A DNA stretch of 64,000 bases, from contig CM059430.1 in the NCBI GenBank assembly GCA_030390025.1, positions 73,098,001-73,162,000 on the forward strand. The letters are read 5' to 3'. The notes below the pieces were generated by a model. That model saw nothing but the letters and a program-made list of their open reading frames with translations. It had not been told where the DNA came from and did no database searches. Positions 33,401 through 44,985 of the stretch are shown one piece after another. The translations under genes and the position numbers were made by a program. The DNA is from Squalus acanthias. Its lineage: Eukaryota. Position 1 is the first letter of the stretch; every line of letters starts with the position of its first letter.

Positions 33401-36400
33401 TAGTTCATCTCTATTACAAACGAAAATCACGTTTTCAGTTGGTTATTATAAACGGGCAATTCATAAATTGTTCTTACCCAAATTACAGAAAGTGTAGCTG
33501 ACATTGGCTGAAGTCTGAAGAGAGACGTGAGATACCTGACAGATGTATACCGTCCCGCTCTCCACAGGCTGTGTCTCATTCAGGTAGCTAGACGCCTCAT
33601 ACAGTCCCGCTGAGTTCCGCCATTTGATTGGTTCCATCCCGGATCCAATTTCTGATCCATTTTTGTACCAGGAGATGTTCAGATCATCCGGGAAAAACGC
33701 AGCCGTTGTACAAACGATAATCAGAGGAACCTGTGATCTGCTCTCAGGCTGCATGGGGCCCAACTGGAGAGGAGTCGGAGGGTCTGTAAAAATAAAGCAA
33801 GCGTTTGTTTTCAAGTTGTGATTGGTTTGGCGAATCTGAAGGAAAATACATCGCTGTGAGTCCGACAAAAGACATTCTAAAACCACAATGGCCCTTCAGC
33901 CTGACATCATAACCAATATCTTATATGTGCTTTAAAAGCCCGTAGTACAGGATTCTTAAGAAATGGAACAAGGAAACAATTCCCACGGTATATGTTAGAT
34001 TTTACAAAATTTCTAAGGAAAACAATTTGCATTCATGTAGCGCATTTAGCATGACAGAGGACGAATCAAAGAAAATTTTATTTTATCCGCCCCATCGGGC
34101 AACTGCCTTCCGTTTTACCTGCGAAATAAGTTGATTACATTGTTACAGCTTCTTCCAATTTTGTGGAAACTTTCCCTATACTTGAAGCACGTATTACCCC
34201 ATTGTTGTACCGTCCAGAGCAACAGCGTGATGTTTGCTCCTTCAATAAGTTTTCTTTAAGGGAGTGGGATCCATATGGCCTCAGGCTTAGAAATGTTTCT
34301 CTCAGAACGCAACATTGAACGAGAACTCGAGCACTAACCCACAATTTTGTAATCTAGATTTTGTAAGCTGAGCCGAACTTGCACTCATTAAAGTAAAACG
34401 AACTTTATGTAAATTCGGCAAAATTCCAGCGTAAAGCCTGAGTAAATCTAATCACTTCTTGTTTCAGTGGGTAGTATCCTGGCCTTGCTTCCGCCAGTTG
34501 TGGATACAAGCTCCAATCCAAAATCTAGATACATTTTATGGCAATGCTGCAGTTCCCGTTGGGGTGCTGCATTATATCAGTTCCACTCTTTCAAATCAGG
34601 CTTTAAACCGAGCCTCTTTCTCCCCTACGCGATGGTCATTAAAGATCGTACGGTACTATTCGATAGTGAGGATCAAGCTCGCAGTCGATACAGACTGCCT
34701 TAATCAGACCACCAAACCAGTTTGATACTTGATGCATCTTCTTGCTGATACTGGGAAATGCTGTTGGCAAAACAGCCCCGGCATTCGGCGGTACAGCAAT
34801 AGAGATAACACTCTCCAGTAATTATTGGAATGCAAAAATATTTGGGGCCGCTTGAGAGTTTAGGTAAAACGCTATATATGGGAATTTCATCCGCGTTGTA
34901 GCACCTTATTCTGATTCAGATTAATCCTTGCAAATTAATTGTATAGTTCTGGTTCCGAGTCTAAGATAAAGTTGAGCTGACATTACCCAATATGTAGAAC
35001 GAGTGATACGCATATCGGGTAAATTTTACAAGTGACATCCGTTGTAAAAGAAACGGAGCTGTGTTCTTTTTAAGATGTGGTTTACAGAGATTAAAACTTG
35101 TCTGAGCTTGTTTGAACTAAGTCAAAAAAACACGAACGTCTAATTTATCAGAATTGTCAACGCTTACTTGCTTATATAATTGTGTGTTTGTTTTCTTTAA
35201 TTCCCGTACTAATCCAGTAAAAATTGCATTTCATGCACATAAATTAAAATACCAAGGCACGAAAACGAGCTTTCTGATAATGTTCAGGTTATTTTGTAAA
35301 TATATATTTATTCAATTATTTAATTGTACAACTTTTATGCCTGAATAATCGTTGAAAAATATGATTTGAAAATTCTCCTTGTGCTTATTTTTGAGCGAAC
35401 CAGTCAAATAAAGGACGAAAGCTTATTCAGAAGTATCAGAAAATCAATGGCATATTTCGAAACTTTTGGCAACAAAGATTGTGTTTAAAAATAATTGTGA
35501 AACTGAAGTAAATCGGGAGGTGGGGGTGGAGGGGGTAGGGTGGGGAAACATTCTATTGGCTGGAGTTATGCCTAGCACAAATGAAGATGGTTGTGGTTGT
35601 TGGAAGACAATCATCCCATCCCCAGTATATCGCTGAAGGTGTTCCTCAGGCCAGTGTGCTAGGTCCGACCATTTTCATCTGCCTCATCAATGACCTTCCC
35701 TCCATCGAAACATTAACAGTTCTCTTGTGATTGCACAGTCTTCAGTTCCATTCACAATTCCTCAGATAACGAAGCAATCCGTGCCCGCATGCAACAAGAC
35801 CTGGACAACATTTAGGTTTGGGCAGATAAGTGGCAAATAACATTCGCACCGCACAAGTGACAGGCATTGAGCATCTCCAACAAGAGAGAGCCTAACCATC
35901 TACAATTGACATTCAATGGCATTACCATCGTCGAATCCCCCATAATCAACATCCCGAGTGTGAATGTTATGAATAGAAACTTAACTGGATCAGCCACATT
36001 AATACTGTGGCTAAAATGTATGTCAGAGTATAGGTATTCTGCGGCGAGTGACTCGCCTCCTGATCACCCCCCCAGCCCCCTCCATATACTTTACAGCACC
36101 TACAGGGCACAAATTAGGAGTGTGATGGAAGACTCTCCACTCGCCTGGATGAGTGCAGCTCCAACAACACTCAAGAAGTGCGACGCCATCCAGGACAAAG
36201 CAGTCCGCTTGAACTATACCCCATCCGCCATCATAAACATTCAATCTCACCACCACCGTCGCTCGATGGCTGCAGTGTGTACCATCTACAAAGTGCAGGG
36301 CAGCAACTCCCCAAGGCTTCTTCGACAACACCTCTCAAACTCGCGACTACTACCTCCTTAAATGACAAGAGCAGCAGGCGCATGGGAACACCAACACCTC

Positions 36401-38665
36401 CATTTACTCTCCAAGTCATACACCCGCCTGACTTGGATATATACCACCGTTCATTCATTGACACTGGATCAAAATCCAGGAACTCCATAGCGAACAGAAC
36501 TGTGGCATGACCTGCGCCACATGGACTGCAACGTTTCAAGAAGCTGGCTCACCATCACTTTTCAACGGCAAATAAGGATGGAAAATACATTTGTGGTTAA
36601 TGACTATATTTCGGACTGGAGGGAGGTGTACAGTGTCGTCCCACAAAGTTCAGTACCAGGACCACTGCTTTGTTATGTATATTAATGACTTGGATTTGAG
36701 GGCACATGGTACAATTTCTATATTTGCAGATTACACGAAATTGGAAGTGTGGAAAACAGTGAGGAAGATAACAATATATTTAAAGAAGACCTAGCCAGGC
36801 TGGCGCAATAGGAGAACACATGGTAGATGAAATTCAACACAGAGAAGTGTGAGGTGATACATTCGGTTGGACGAATGAGGAGAGAATATGTATACTAAAT
36901 GGTACAATGTTAAAGGAGGTGCAATAACAGAGACATCTGGGGGTGCTTCTACACAAATCTTTGAAGTTAGCAGAACAGATTAATAAAGCAATGAATTAAG
37001 CATATGGGACCATGGGCTTTATAAATAGAGTTACAGTGTACAAAAGCCAGGAAGTTATGCTAAACCTATATAAAACATTAGTTCGGCACTAGCTGGAGTA
37101 TTACGTCCAAATCTGGGCACCACACTTTAGGAAGGACGTGTAGTTTTGGAGTGGGTACAGAAGAGATTTGCTAGAATGGTTCGAGGGATGAGGAATAACT
37201 GCTACGTGGATCGACCATAGAAGCTGTGGTTGTTCTCCTGGGAGCCGGGAAAGCTAAGAGGAGATTTAATAGAGGTGGTTAAAATCATGATGGATTTAGA
37301 TAGAGTAAATAAAGAGAAACTATTTCCAATGGCTGGCGAGTCGATAACTAGAGGGCACAGTTTTAAGGTGATTGGCAAATGAACCAGAGGCGACATGAGG
37401 AAAAACTTTTTTACACAACGAAAGGTTAGGATTTGGAATGCACTGACTAATAGGGTGGTGGATAGAGATTGAAAAGCAGCCTTCAAAAGAGAATTGGATA
37501 AATACTTGAAGGGGAAAATATGCAGGGATATGGGGAAAGAGCAGGGGAGTGGAACTAACTGGATTGCTCTTCGAAAGAGCCGGCGCAGACTCGATGGGCC
37601 GAATGACCTTCTTTTATGCTGCAATATTTTCTAAGGCGGCAGAGCAAATAATAGCTTTGAAATTATACACCTTACGTGTTACCAAAGCTGGCGGATTCCG
37701 ATTATCCCGCTCATTGACACTCACCATATACAATCAGTTCTGTGCCGGTTCCGTTTACAACCGCTCTGTGTGTCCATCTGCAGTAATAGAGCCCCGCGTC
37801 CTCGGCTCTCACGGCCACCAGGTTAAAGGCTGCTCCTCCCTGGTTTAGGAAATATAACCGGATTCTGCTGTCTGCACTTTCCTCCAAGAATCCATCGTCC
37901 CCGTCTCTCCACCAATGCACTTTCACTGGTCTCTTGTCTGAAAAGATGGGATATATGCAGTAAAGAGTAACATCGCCACCTCTCGTCACTGCGGACTTGG
38001 GAGCTTGTATTACAGTCGACGAGGGATTGCCAGCGGCTGTCGAAAAGGAGTAAAAGCAAAATGAAAGAACGAAACACAAAATGAAAATGAGAAGCTGACT
38101 AATATTAAGGAAGTTCGGAAGTACAAAGACACACTGATGATAAACGGATAGTAAGAAAGAGCAAAATCATGCGGGGTCGGGACAGAGTAGATAGAGAGAA
38201 ACTATTCCCATGGCAGAATGGTCGTGAACTAGAGGACACAGATTTTAGGTGATTGACAGAAGAACCAGTTGCGACATGAGGAAAAACTTTTTTAATCAGC
38301 GAGTGTTTATGATCTGTAATGCAATGCCTGAAATAGTGGTGGAGGCAAACTGAATCAAAGCTTTCATTAGGGAGTTGGATAAGTACCTGAAGGAAAAAAA
38401 AATGCAGGGCTACGGGAAAGTTCGAGGGGTGGAACTAGCTGAAGTGCTCTTGCAGGGAGCCAACACGGGCTCGACGGGCCGAATGGCCTTCTTCCGTGCT
38501 GTAACCATTCGATGATTCAATGATTGTATGAGAAGAGCCTTACATTTTATTCATCAATTAAATAAATGAAAGAGCGTTCATATTTGGGAAATAGGGCTAC
38601 AAATTTAATTTACCCGTGCGACTGATCCGCAGGACGACCATGAAGTGAAGCAAAGCTCGCATCAT
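21405..38665 (-). CDS. Multi-exon IgSF membrane receptor: leader-V(J)-C1-(stalk)-TM-short tail; non-rearranging antigen-receptor-like (NKp30/SIRP/VJ-C1 type), about 291-302 aa
   Basis: Exons 38665-38614, 38036-37725, 33783-33478, (21895-21863), 21707-21593 and 21495-21405 have GT-AG boundaries and compatible phases (1,1,1,1,2). They join into a stop-free ORF. Joining C1 to TM across the 11.6 kb intron is inference. Confidence 0.75.
21593..21707 (-). CDS. Transmembrane exon ASIDRFHTMNLFRFLLGLTVIMVGTLLIVDHLKSIPFK
   Basis: Acceptor CCCTTTTGTTGCTATCACCAG|, consensus donor AAAG|GTAAGA, phase 1-2. About 21-residue hydrophobic helix with Arg in an NxxR motif. Confidence 0.82.
21863..21895 (-). CDS. 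Possible 33-nt stalk exon (ALTTNNHTIPL)
   Basis: CAGTACAG| acceptor and TTGG|GTAGGA donor, phase 1-1, open frame, Thr-rich with an NHT sequon. The polypyrimidine tract is weak and a competing CAG lies 5 nt upstream. Confidence 0.4.
23375..25170 (+). mobile_element. Decayed CR1 LINE with a nested minus-strand CR1 3' end (about 23945-24330)
   Basis: SQHGFIKG and RT C-terminal motifs; (AGAAACAT)n tail of the nested copy. Confidence 0.8.
26290..26712 (+). mobile_element. Penelope-like element, GIY-YIG endonuclease remnant
   Basis: Decayed FQVKQR.TC...NLVY.I.C..C.LL.IG.TKRRLG.R..EHL motif. Confidence 0.7.
26712..29742 (-). mobile_element. CR1 LINE ORF2 (endonuclease-RT), decayed, with a short additional CR1 fragment
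   Basis: ORFs 27171..27968 (GVPQGSVLGP, KFADDT), 28081..28398 and 28838..29383. Confidence 0.9.
30875..31316 (-). mobile_element. Deu-domain (SacSINE1-like) SINE inserted in an older repeat
   Basis: Central ACAGCAATGTGATAATTACCAGATAA block, tRNA-like head at the right end and L2-like tail. Confidence 0.55.
31722..33200 (+). mobile_element. CR1-group LINE family B, RT 3' part
   Basis: ORF 31980..33011 (343 aa) with DIKAVFDRVWH, QGSVLG and MFADD; poly(A) end. Confidence 0.9.
33478..33783 (-). CDS. Ig C1-set domain exon
   Basis: Acceptor TTTATTTTTACAG|, donor TTGG|GTAAGA, 306 nt, phase 1-1. Has C1 signatures CTTAAFFPDDLNISW and YICQVSH. Lies inside ORF 33461..33886. Confidence 0.93.
35545..37632 (+). 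mobile_element. LINE family B fragment followed by a CR1 3' fragment (intron between V and C1)
   Basis: RT motifs with many stops and frameshifts. Confidence 0.8.
37725..38036 (-). CDS. Ig V-set domain exon with germline-encoded J-like G strand
   Basis: Acceptor TTTTCGACAG|, donor TATG|GTGAGT, 312 nt, phase 1-1. Contains VTLYC (B strand), VHWWR (C), EDAGLYYC (F) and NGTGTELIVY (G strand, GxG motif). Lies inside ORF 37711..38079. Confidence 0.93.
38614..38665 (-). CDS. Leader (signal peptide) exon MMRALLHFMVVLRISRT
   Basis: ATG ATG start, hydrophobic core, 52 nt ending in phase 1 at ACG G|GTAAAT. Matches the phase-1 acceptor of the V exon 577 bp downstream. Confidence 0.8.
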
Positions 38666-38750
38666 CTTGAATAGCTATATCGAAACAATTGTTTTGATTA
38701 AAATAAGTGATGAATAAAGAATCAGAGCTGAATGACGCGAGGATGTCTGG

Positions 38751-38810
38751 TTACACGAGAGTATGTGTCACGGTTTTCAAATCATGACCAGCGGCTGTCG
38801 AAAAAAAAAA
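38751..38810 (-). pseudogene. Relic V-exon acceptor and first codons (AAGHDLKTVTHTLV*)
   Basis: TTTTCGACAG|CCGCTGG is identical to the acceptor and start of the real V exon at 38046-38030. It diverges and stops after about 14 codons. Confidence 0.65.
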
Positions 38811-38829
38811 CACGGAATAATTTGCATTA

Positions 38830-40390
38830 AGGGAATAGAGAATACATAGTGAAATAATAAGAATGAAAAGGGTACATGATAGATAGACCATCAATGAGTA
38901 TTGAAAGGTTCGGGACAGATAGATATTTAATGAGAATGTAAAGTACACGGAATAGATAGATGGATAATGAGGATTGAAATGACACGGGATAGATAGTCAT
39001 GCGAATTAAAATTATACAGATTAGATACATGCAGATTTAAAAGGACATGGGTATAGATAGCAACATAATGAAAATTAAAAGTACACGGGATAGATATATA
39101 TATAATGAGAATTAAAATGACGGGGCAGATAGATACTTCATGCGAATTAAGTATACACAGTAAGGTAGATCCATAATCAGGATTAAAGAGACACGGCATA
39201 TATGGAGACACCATGCGCATTTAAAGGACATCGCCCGACTCGCCCCTGCCTCAGTTCATCTGCTGCTGAAATACTCATCTATGCATTTGTTACATCTAGA
39301 CTTGACTATACCAATACACTCTTGGCCGGCCTCCCACCTTTCAACCTCCTTAAACTTCAGCTCATCCAAAACGCTGCTGCCCCATATCCTAACTTGCAGA
39401 AAGTCCCGTTCACCCATCACCCCGCTGCTCGCTAACCTACCTTGGCTCCCGGTTAAGCAACGCCTAGATTTTTTAAATCTCATTCTTGTCTTAATATCCC
39501 TCCATGTCCTCGCCCCTTCCTATCTCTGTAACCTCCTCCAGCACTACAACCCTCCGATTTATCTGCTAACCTCCAATTATGGCCTCTTGAGCATCCCCAA
39601 ATTTAGTTGCTCCACCATTGGTTGTCGTGCATTTACTGCCCAGGCCCTAAGCTCTGGAATCCCCTGCCTAAACCGCTCCTCCTCTCTACATCTCTCCCCT
39701 CCTTTAATACGCTTCTTATAACCTACATCTTTGAACAAGCTTTTGGTCATCTGTCCTAATATCTCCTGACATGGCTCGGTGTCAAATTCAGTTTGATAAC
39801 ACTTCTGGGAAGCGCCTTAGGACGGAAAAGGAGCTATATAATTATAATGTATTGATGTTTATGCTATAGAGAGCTACGCAACGAGAATTCAAAGGGCAAG
39901 GTATATATAGGTACATAATGAGAATTGAAAGGTCACAGGATAGATAGATGCATAATGAGAACCTAAAGCAGACGGGATTGATAGCTATACAATGAGAACT
40001 AAAAGGACACGCGATAGATAGAAATATAATGACGATTACAAGGGTACGGTCTATATAGATATATAATGTAAGTTAAAAGTACACAGGAATTGATAGGACA
40101 CAGAATAGATAGGAACATAATGAGATTTAAAAGGACAAGGGATATAAAGAAGACCAATGAGAACTAAAAAGACACGGACAAGACAGGAACATAATGAGAA
40201 GTAAGAGAACACGGGTTAAATAGATATATAATGAGAATTAAAAGGACACGGGATAGATAGATAGATACATAATGCGTGTTAAAATAGACATGGAATAGAT
40301 AGAAACATAATGGGAAATAAAAGATCACGGGATTTGTAAGAACATCATTAAAATTAATAGGACACAGATGGCTACATCGATGAGAAAAGG
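38830..40390. repeat. Purine-rich minisatellite, about 38 bp unit (ATAATGAGAATTAAAAGGACACGGGATAGATAGATAC-like), split by an L2 LINE
   Basis: Tandem diverged units at about 38830-39225 and 39865-40390. Confidence 0.8.
39226..39860 (+). mobile_element. L2-clade LINE 3' fragment
   Basis: RPCLSSSAAEILIYAFVTSRLDYTNTLLAGLP...KLQLIQNAAA; ITPLLANLPWLPVKQR. Confidence 0.85.
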
Positions 40391-40548
40391 ACGCCAGTAA
40401 AACTGAACGATTAATTGCAATAATGCTGAAAAACTGAACAGAATATTCAGCAGTAAGGCATATACTTTAATCCTCATTTTGCTGATTTAAAATTTAATTT
40501 TAATTATCTTTCTCTTTGACAGGGAGGAGGTGGCTAAAATGTACTCAC

Positions 40549-40603
40549 CTGCGTATCTGATCCTCAGAACTATCAGACACTGATACTCATCGCTTAGAAA
40601 CTT
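40549..40603 (-). pseudogene. Degenerate paralogous leader exon (KFLSDEYQCLIVLRIRYA), no in-frame ATG
   Basis: Consensus donor GCAG|GTGAGT in phase 1. GTTCTGAGGATCAG aligns with GTCCTGCGGATCAG of the functional leader. The ATG at 40590 is out of frame and reaches TGA after 5 codons. Confidence 0.6.
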
Positions 40604-40645
40604 CTGTAATAAAGCAGCTTGGAATGGTCATTGGTTGCAGATGAG

Positions 40646-40726
40646 ACTGAGGCGCCTAGAGGATATCGGGTCACAAAATCTTTATATATGGCCTGAAGTT
40701 CGAAATCGCGTGGCTGAGGCGGAAGT
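40646..40726 (-). promoter_or_regulatory. Putative promoter upstream of the relic leader: TATATAAA, Inr-like TCAGT and an ETS core
   Basis: TATATAAA at 40688-40681 (-), TCAGT at 40650-40646 (-) and CGGAAGT at 40720-40726 (+). TATA-Inr spacing of about 38 nt is longer than canonical. Confidence 0.35.
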
Positions 40727-43700
40727 ATAGATGCATGGTTAGAACATCACAGGCGGCACATGGACATGTCCGATTTGTCTGGTGTGTTTCGTTTTTAGGC
40801 AAATGTTGTCATTAGCCTAAGCGCACCTCTTTTACATTGTGGGTACCCGGTACCAACAGCATCCCTCCTAGGTGTGGTGTAGCGAGGTCAGATGCAGAGC
40901 CTTATTCCCTCTACACTTAGCAATATCAATGTGGTTGCCAATTTGCGTTGAGGTATGAGTACTTTAGATGCACCATTCCCCTCGTCTAAAGACAACAGCG
41001 TATCTGCGCCGAACCCATCGACAATGCAATTATCAACCGCAGTAGCTGACTTTTAGATCAAATATTGTCTCTATTAAAGTTATGTTTTGATATTTGTTAA
41101 ATGTCCGCCAGTCTCATATGGACATAGTATTGCATAGTTTTACTGGTATATGTTTATAATGAACAATATCATCAGATTCTGTTCACTAAACACACGTGTA
41201 GAATTATATTTTATGCTCATATATTAAAGAACAGTGGTTGATTCAATCTGTTCTGTTGTTTGATGTAACTCGATTCACTTTCAGCTTCAGATATACATTA
41301 GTGTTCTGCTCTACGTTTTATTTTCAGTAACCAAGTGGAAATATGTGATATGATTTATTGAATTAATGTTTCTTTGTGCTTTCCAAACCCTCAATCTCAG
41401 CCCAACGTCATTTTGATATTATTTAACCTAATAAGTTGTCCTCTCGGAATTTTCTTATTATTTCTCTCATATAATTTGTGATGAGAATCCTAATACTATC
41501 TCCTCCTGCAACGATCAAGATATCAGCCGCTCCACGTATGATTTGGACTCCCCCCTCATTAAGCAAGTTTTTAGCCCACTCCCAACCCACTCATCGATCA
41601 TATAACAGGAAGCCAGCACCCCATCCCCCGCCACACACACACTTGAATAAAGCAGAGACAGAAACGGCGCACCCTCAAAAAACTCTTGGAGAACGATAAC
41701 TGGAAGGCAGAGAGTCCAAGTAAGTGGCGTGTATCAACAATCCGTGAAGCTCCAGTGGAAATCCAATAATCTATTGGGCGCTGATAACATTCAGCTCTAT
41801 CCTTCCATCGTTTAATATTTGTTTAATATCAGGTCTACCTCTCAGCTGTCATTCTGCCTGGCTAAAATAAAGCAGGAAAGAGTCAACATGTACTCTAACT
41901 GAGCAGGAGGAAGGCTGAAGGAGATGTTTTCGTCTATGGTCAGAGATGCAGTCCTTTTCCAGAATGTAGACAGCGAGATCATTTCTCGAAATGTTGGAGT
42001 CTATGAGAGGAATTGAGAAAACAGCTGTACTATGTTAAAGAATATGCTGCATTGGTAGAAGTGGCATTTTTCAGAAGAGAAATTAAAGTGAGACCCACCT
42101 ATTCTGATCCATTTTTTGATACGGATCACTGGCTATCGTCTATCCCTCAGCCAACACCACTCAAACACAGAATAGACATGGTCATTCATCTCATTATTGT
42201 GCAAAGGTTCTTGCTACGCACAAGTTGGCTATTCCACTTAGGAAGCTAAGTGCGCTTAAAATAATTCATTTTATGTGAATCACTTGAAGATGTTTAGGTA
42301 TAGGAGAAGATGATTGTTATAACATATATAAAGCTAAATAGGACCATCTGGTGGACAGAAGTAGAATTGATTAACAGCTGGCAATTTCCTCAAACTCGCT
42401 TGCACCATTATTGCGCCCTTAGAAAAAGAAAGAACATCCCCCGCCAATGGCCTACAGAGCGAATTACGGGCGTGTTTCCTGGGTCTACTCATTTGCATTT
42501 CCATTAGGGAACCTGTGTAAAATTAGTTTAATAAACTGAACTACATGGAAACTAATGCGCAGCTTTTATAAAAACAGTTCAACCTGAAGGCTTCAGTAAT
42601 AGACTAGCGGACAGCCAGGTAAGAGAGGAACAGTTCTGGTCTCCTTCAGTGCAGAAATTCTTGGTTGTGGGTGCCATCAGGCTTGCCATGATTGCAACTT
42701 GTGCCACCGATAGGGAGGTAGCAGTAGCACTGAATGCCAGCTACCTAACAGAAGAAATGTAGAAAAGAGCCACAGAAAGTCCAAGGACCACAAAAGGGCT
42801 GGTAAGGTTCCACACTTGACACTCTCTATTTTCCTTCCTGAGACAGCCGTCTCTCGGCACAGCAGCGCATGCCAAATCTCCAGCCTTCCCCCTCAGAACA
42901 TCACGCCACTGGAATCTGGGAGGCGAGACCAGGCTGCCCAGGAGGCCCATGCATATCTTCAGCTGTATAAATCAGTGTTTAAACTCTCCAGACTGCTGAG
43001 GGTTAATACACACCTTGCCATCACCTTGAGCAGATGACACTGGCAGCTGCTGCACCTCATAAATCTTAGGCTAACGTACCCAGGTTGATGCATCAGTTCA
43101 AACCCAGGAAACCTTGCAACTTTATGGCACTGTCTCTCATTGTGACATAAACAATGTAGATAAAGTGATGCTTTGAAGACGTACAACGGGTTGAACCTTC
43201 GCCCGTCCAATTATTCACGTTCAACGCAATTTCTATGGCCGTTTATACGCCGCAAATGTACTGAAAATAGTGAGGAAATGTACCCTCCAAGAGTTAATAA
43301 CAGGAGGAGCTTGGACTGGAGAGAGGGGGTCGTTAGATCAAATCGAGTTGATTAATCCAAATTAATGTCAAGAGAAAATACATGCAAGTTCATGCCCCAG
43401 AATGTGTGTTTGGGATGACGGCGAACTGGCAGCGTTCGCCATCATTCGGACTCTGAAACTGTCATTGACAGCTCCGAAACTGACTTTCTATGCCCTCCCC
43501 TCGCCCGCACCCCCACCCCCACCACAGAGCCAGCAATCTGTGTTTTCAGCCAAATCATTGAAACTGGCAACTTCGGCTCTTCCGCAGTAATTACGTTGTT
43601 AACTTCCCCACTCAAAGTTAGATCCAAAGGGATTAGCTGTAACTGGGTTTTTGACAGCGTTATGACTGCTAAACAAATGTTAAGGAACTGGAAAACTAAT

Positions 43701-44574
43701 TTTAATTTTGTGCAGATTGAAATGTTTCCATTTTAATAAAAATATATTTTTTTACATAACCTTTCAATAAAATATATGTAAAGTTTGTCCATATTTATTT
43801 CATGTTTGCCTTTTCCCCCTGTGAGAGCCTCAATCTTTGCTTTCCTCTCTCTAACATTTTTTAAAAGTTGGAATTTTACGACTTTACTCACTTCCTTGTT
43901 CACTGTCTGTGAGACTTCTGCGCTTTGATTGGCTGCTCAGATAGGCTGTTGACCTCGCAGGAGTTCGCACAAGGGAATTCCCACTAACTTCCGTTTATTT
44001 GAATTGAAGGTCGGAAAACCAGAAGTTTTCGACAGAGGGATCGCGAGATCTTTGTGCGTGGTGTACTTCTGGGCCAGCAGCCAATGCCTTCGCTTTGTTG
44101 CTGACCGCAAATTCCGGGTGCATATATAGTTATAAGTGGCTTCAGCAAACTACTAACCAATCTAGGCGAGTTATCAGTACCGAATACTAAATAATAACTG
44201 AAAGTGAGCCTATGTATCCCCCCAGTTGGACAATGTCAGATAACTTGCTCTAAACCTAGCAAATTTGAGATTATGTTCAGCAGATCTTTACGTGTTATAT
44301 GGTACTACACCTGTAGATGACAATGTTGCACGACATAAACATACACTGTGGTGTTTATATCTTGTCTGTAGAACTAATGGCAATTTGCATGGTTACAAAC
44401 ATCGTACCATACCAGCGCAACATCAACTGAAAGCTACACATGTTTGGTTAGATTTTTATTGAATTCAATGGAAATAAATTCGGAAGAGATGCAAAACTGG
44501 CTGCCGATCCGCTATCATCGGTTTCACACGATCGTGCAAAGTCAAAATCTACCCCGTTGCTTCCAAACTTATGA

Positions 44575-44985
44575 TAAGTATGAGAGGTGATCTCATTGAA
44601 ACATACAAGTTTTTGAAGGGGATTGATAGGGTAGATGCTGAGAGGTATATTCACCTGGCTGGAGTGTCTAGAACAAGGGGGCATAGTCTCAGGATAAGGC
44701 CTAGTCCATTTCAAACTGAGATGAAGCGGTGTTTCTTGACTCAGAGCTTTTTGAGTCTTTGGAATTCTCTGCCCCTGAGGGCTGTGCATGCTGAGTCTTT
44801 GAATATATTCAAGGCTGAGATAGATAGATATTTGGTCTCTAGGGGAATCAAGGGAGATGGTGATCGGGAGGGAAAGTTGGGATAAGTTCGATGATCTGCC
44901 ATGATCTTATTGATTGGCAGAGCAGGCTCGAGAGGTCGTATGGCCTACTCCTGCTCTCATTTCTTATATTCGTATGTTCTTATGC
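44575..44985 (+). mobile_element. CR1 LINE 3' fragment
   Basis: MRGDLIETYK...RTRGHSLRIR...LWNSLP and the 3' UTR stem-loop. Confidence 0.85.

Noticed and set aside
37680-37800. Recombination signal sequences or separate J segments near the V exon
   Set aside because: No heptamer-spacer-nonamer was seen, and the G strand is already in the exon. Scattered CACAGTG/CACTGTG words elsewhere lie mostly in repeats, with no nonamer seen.
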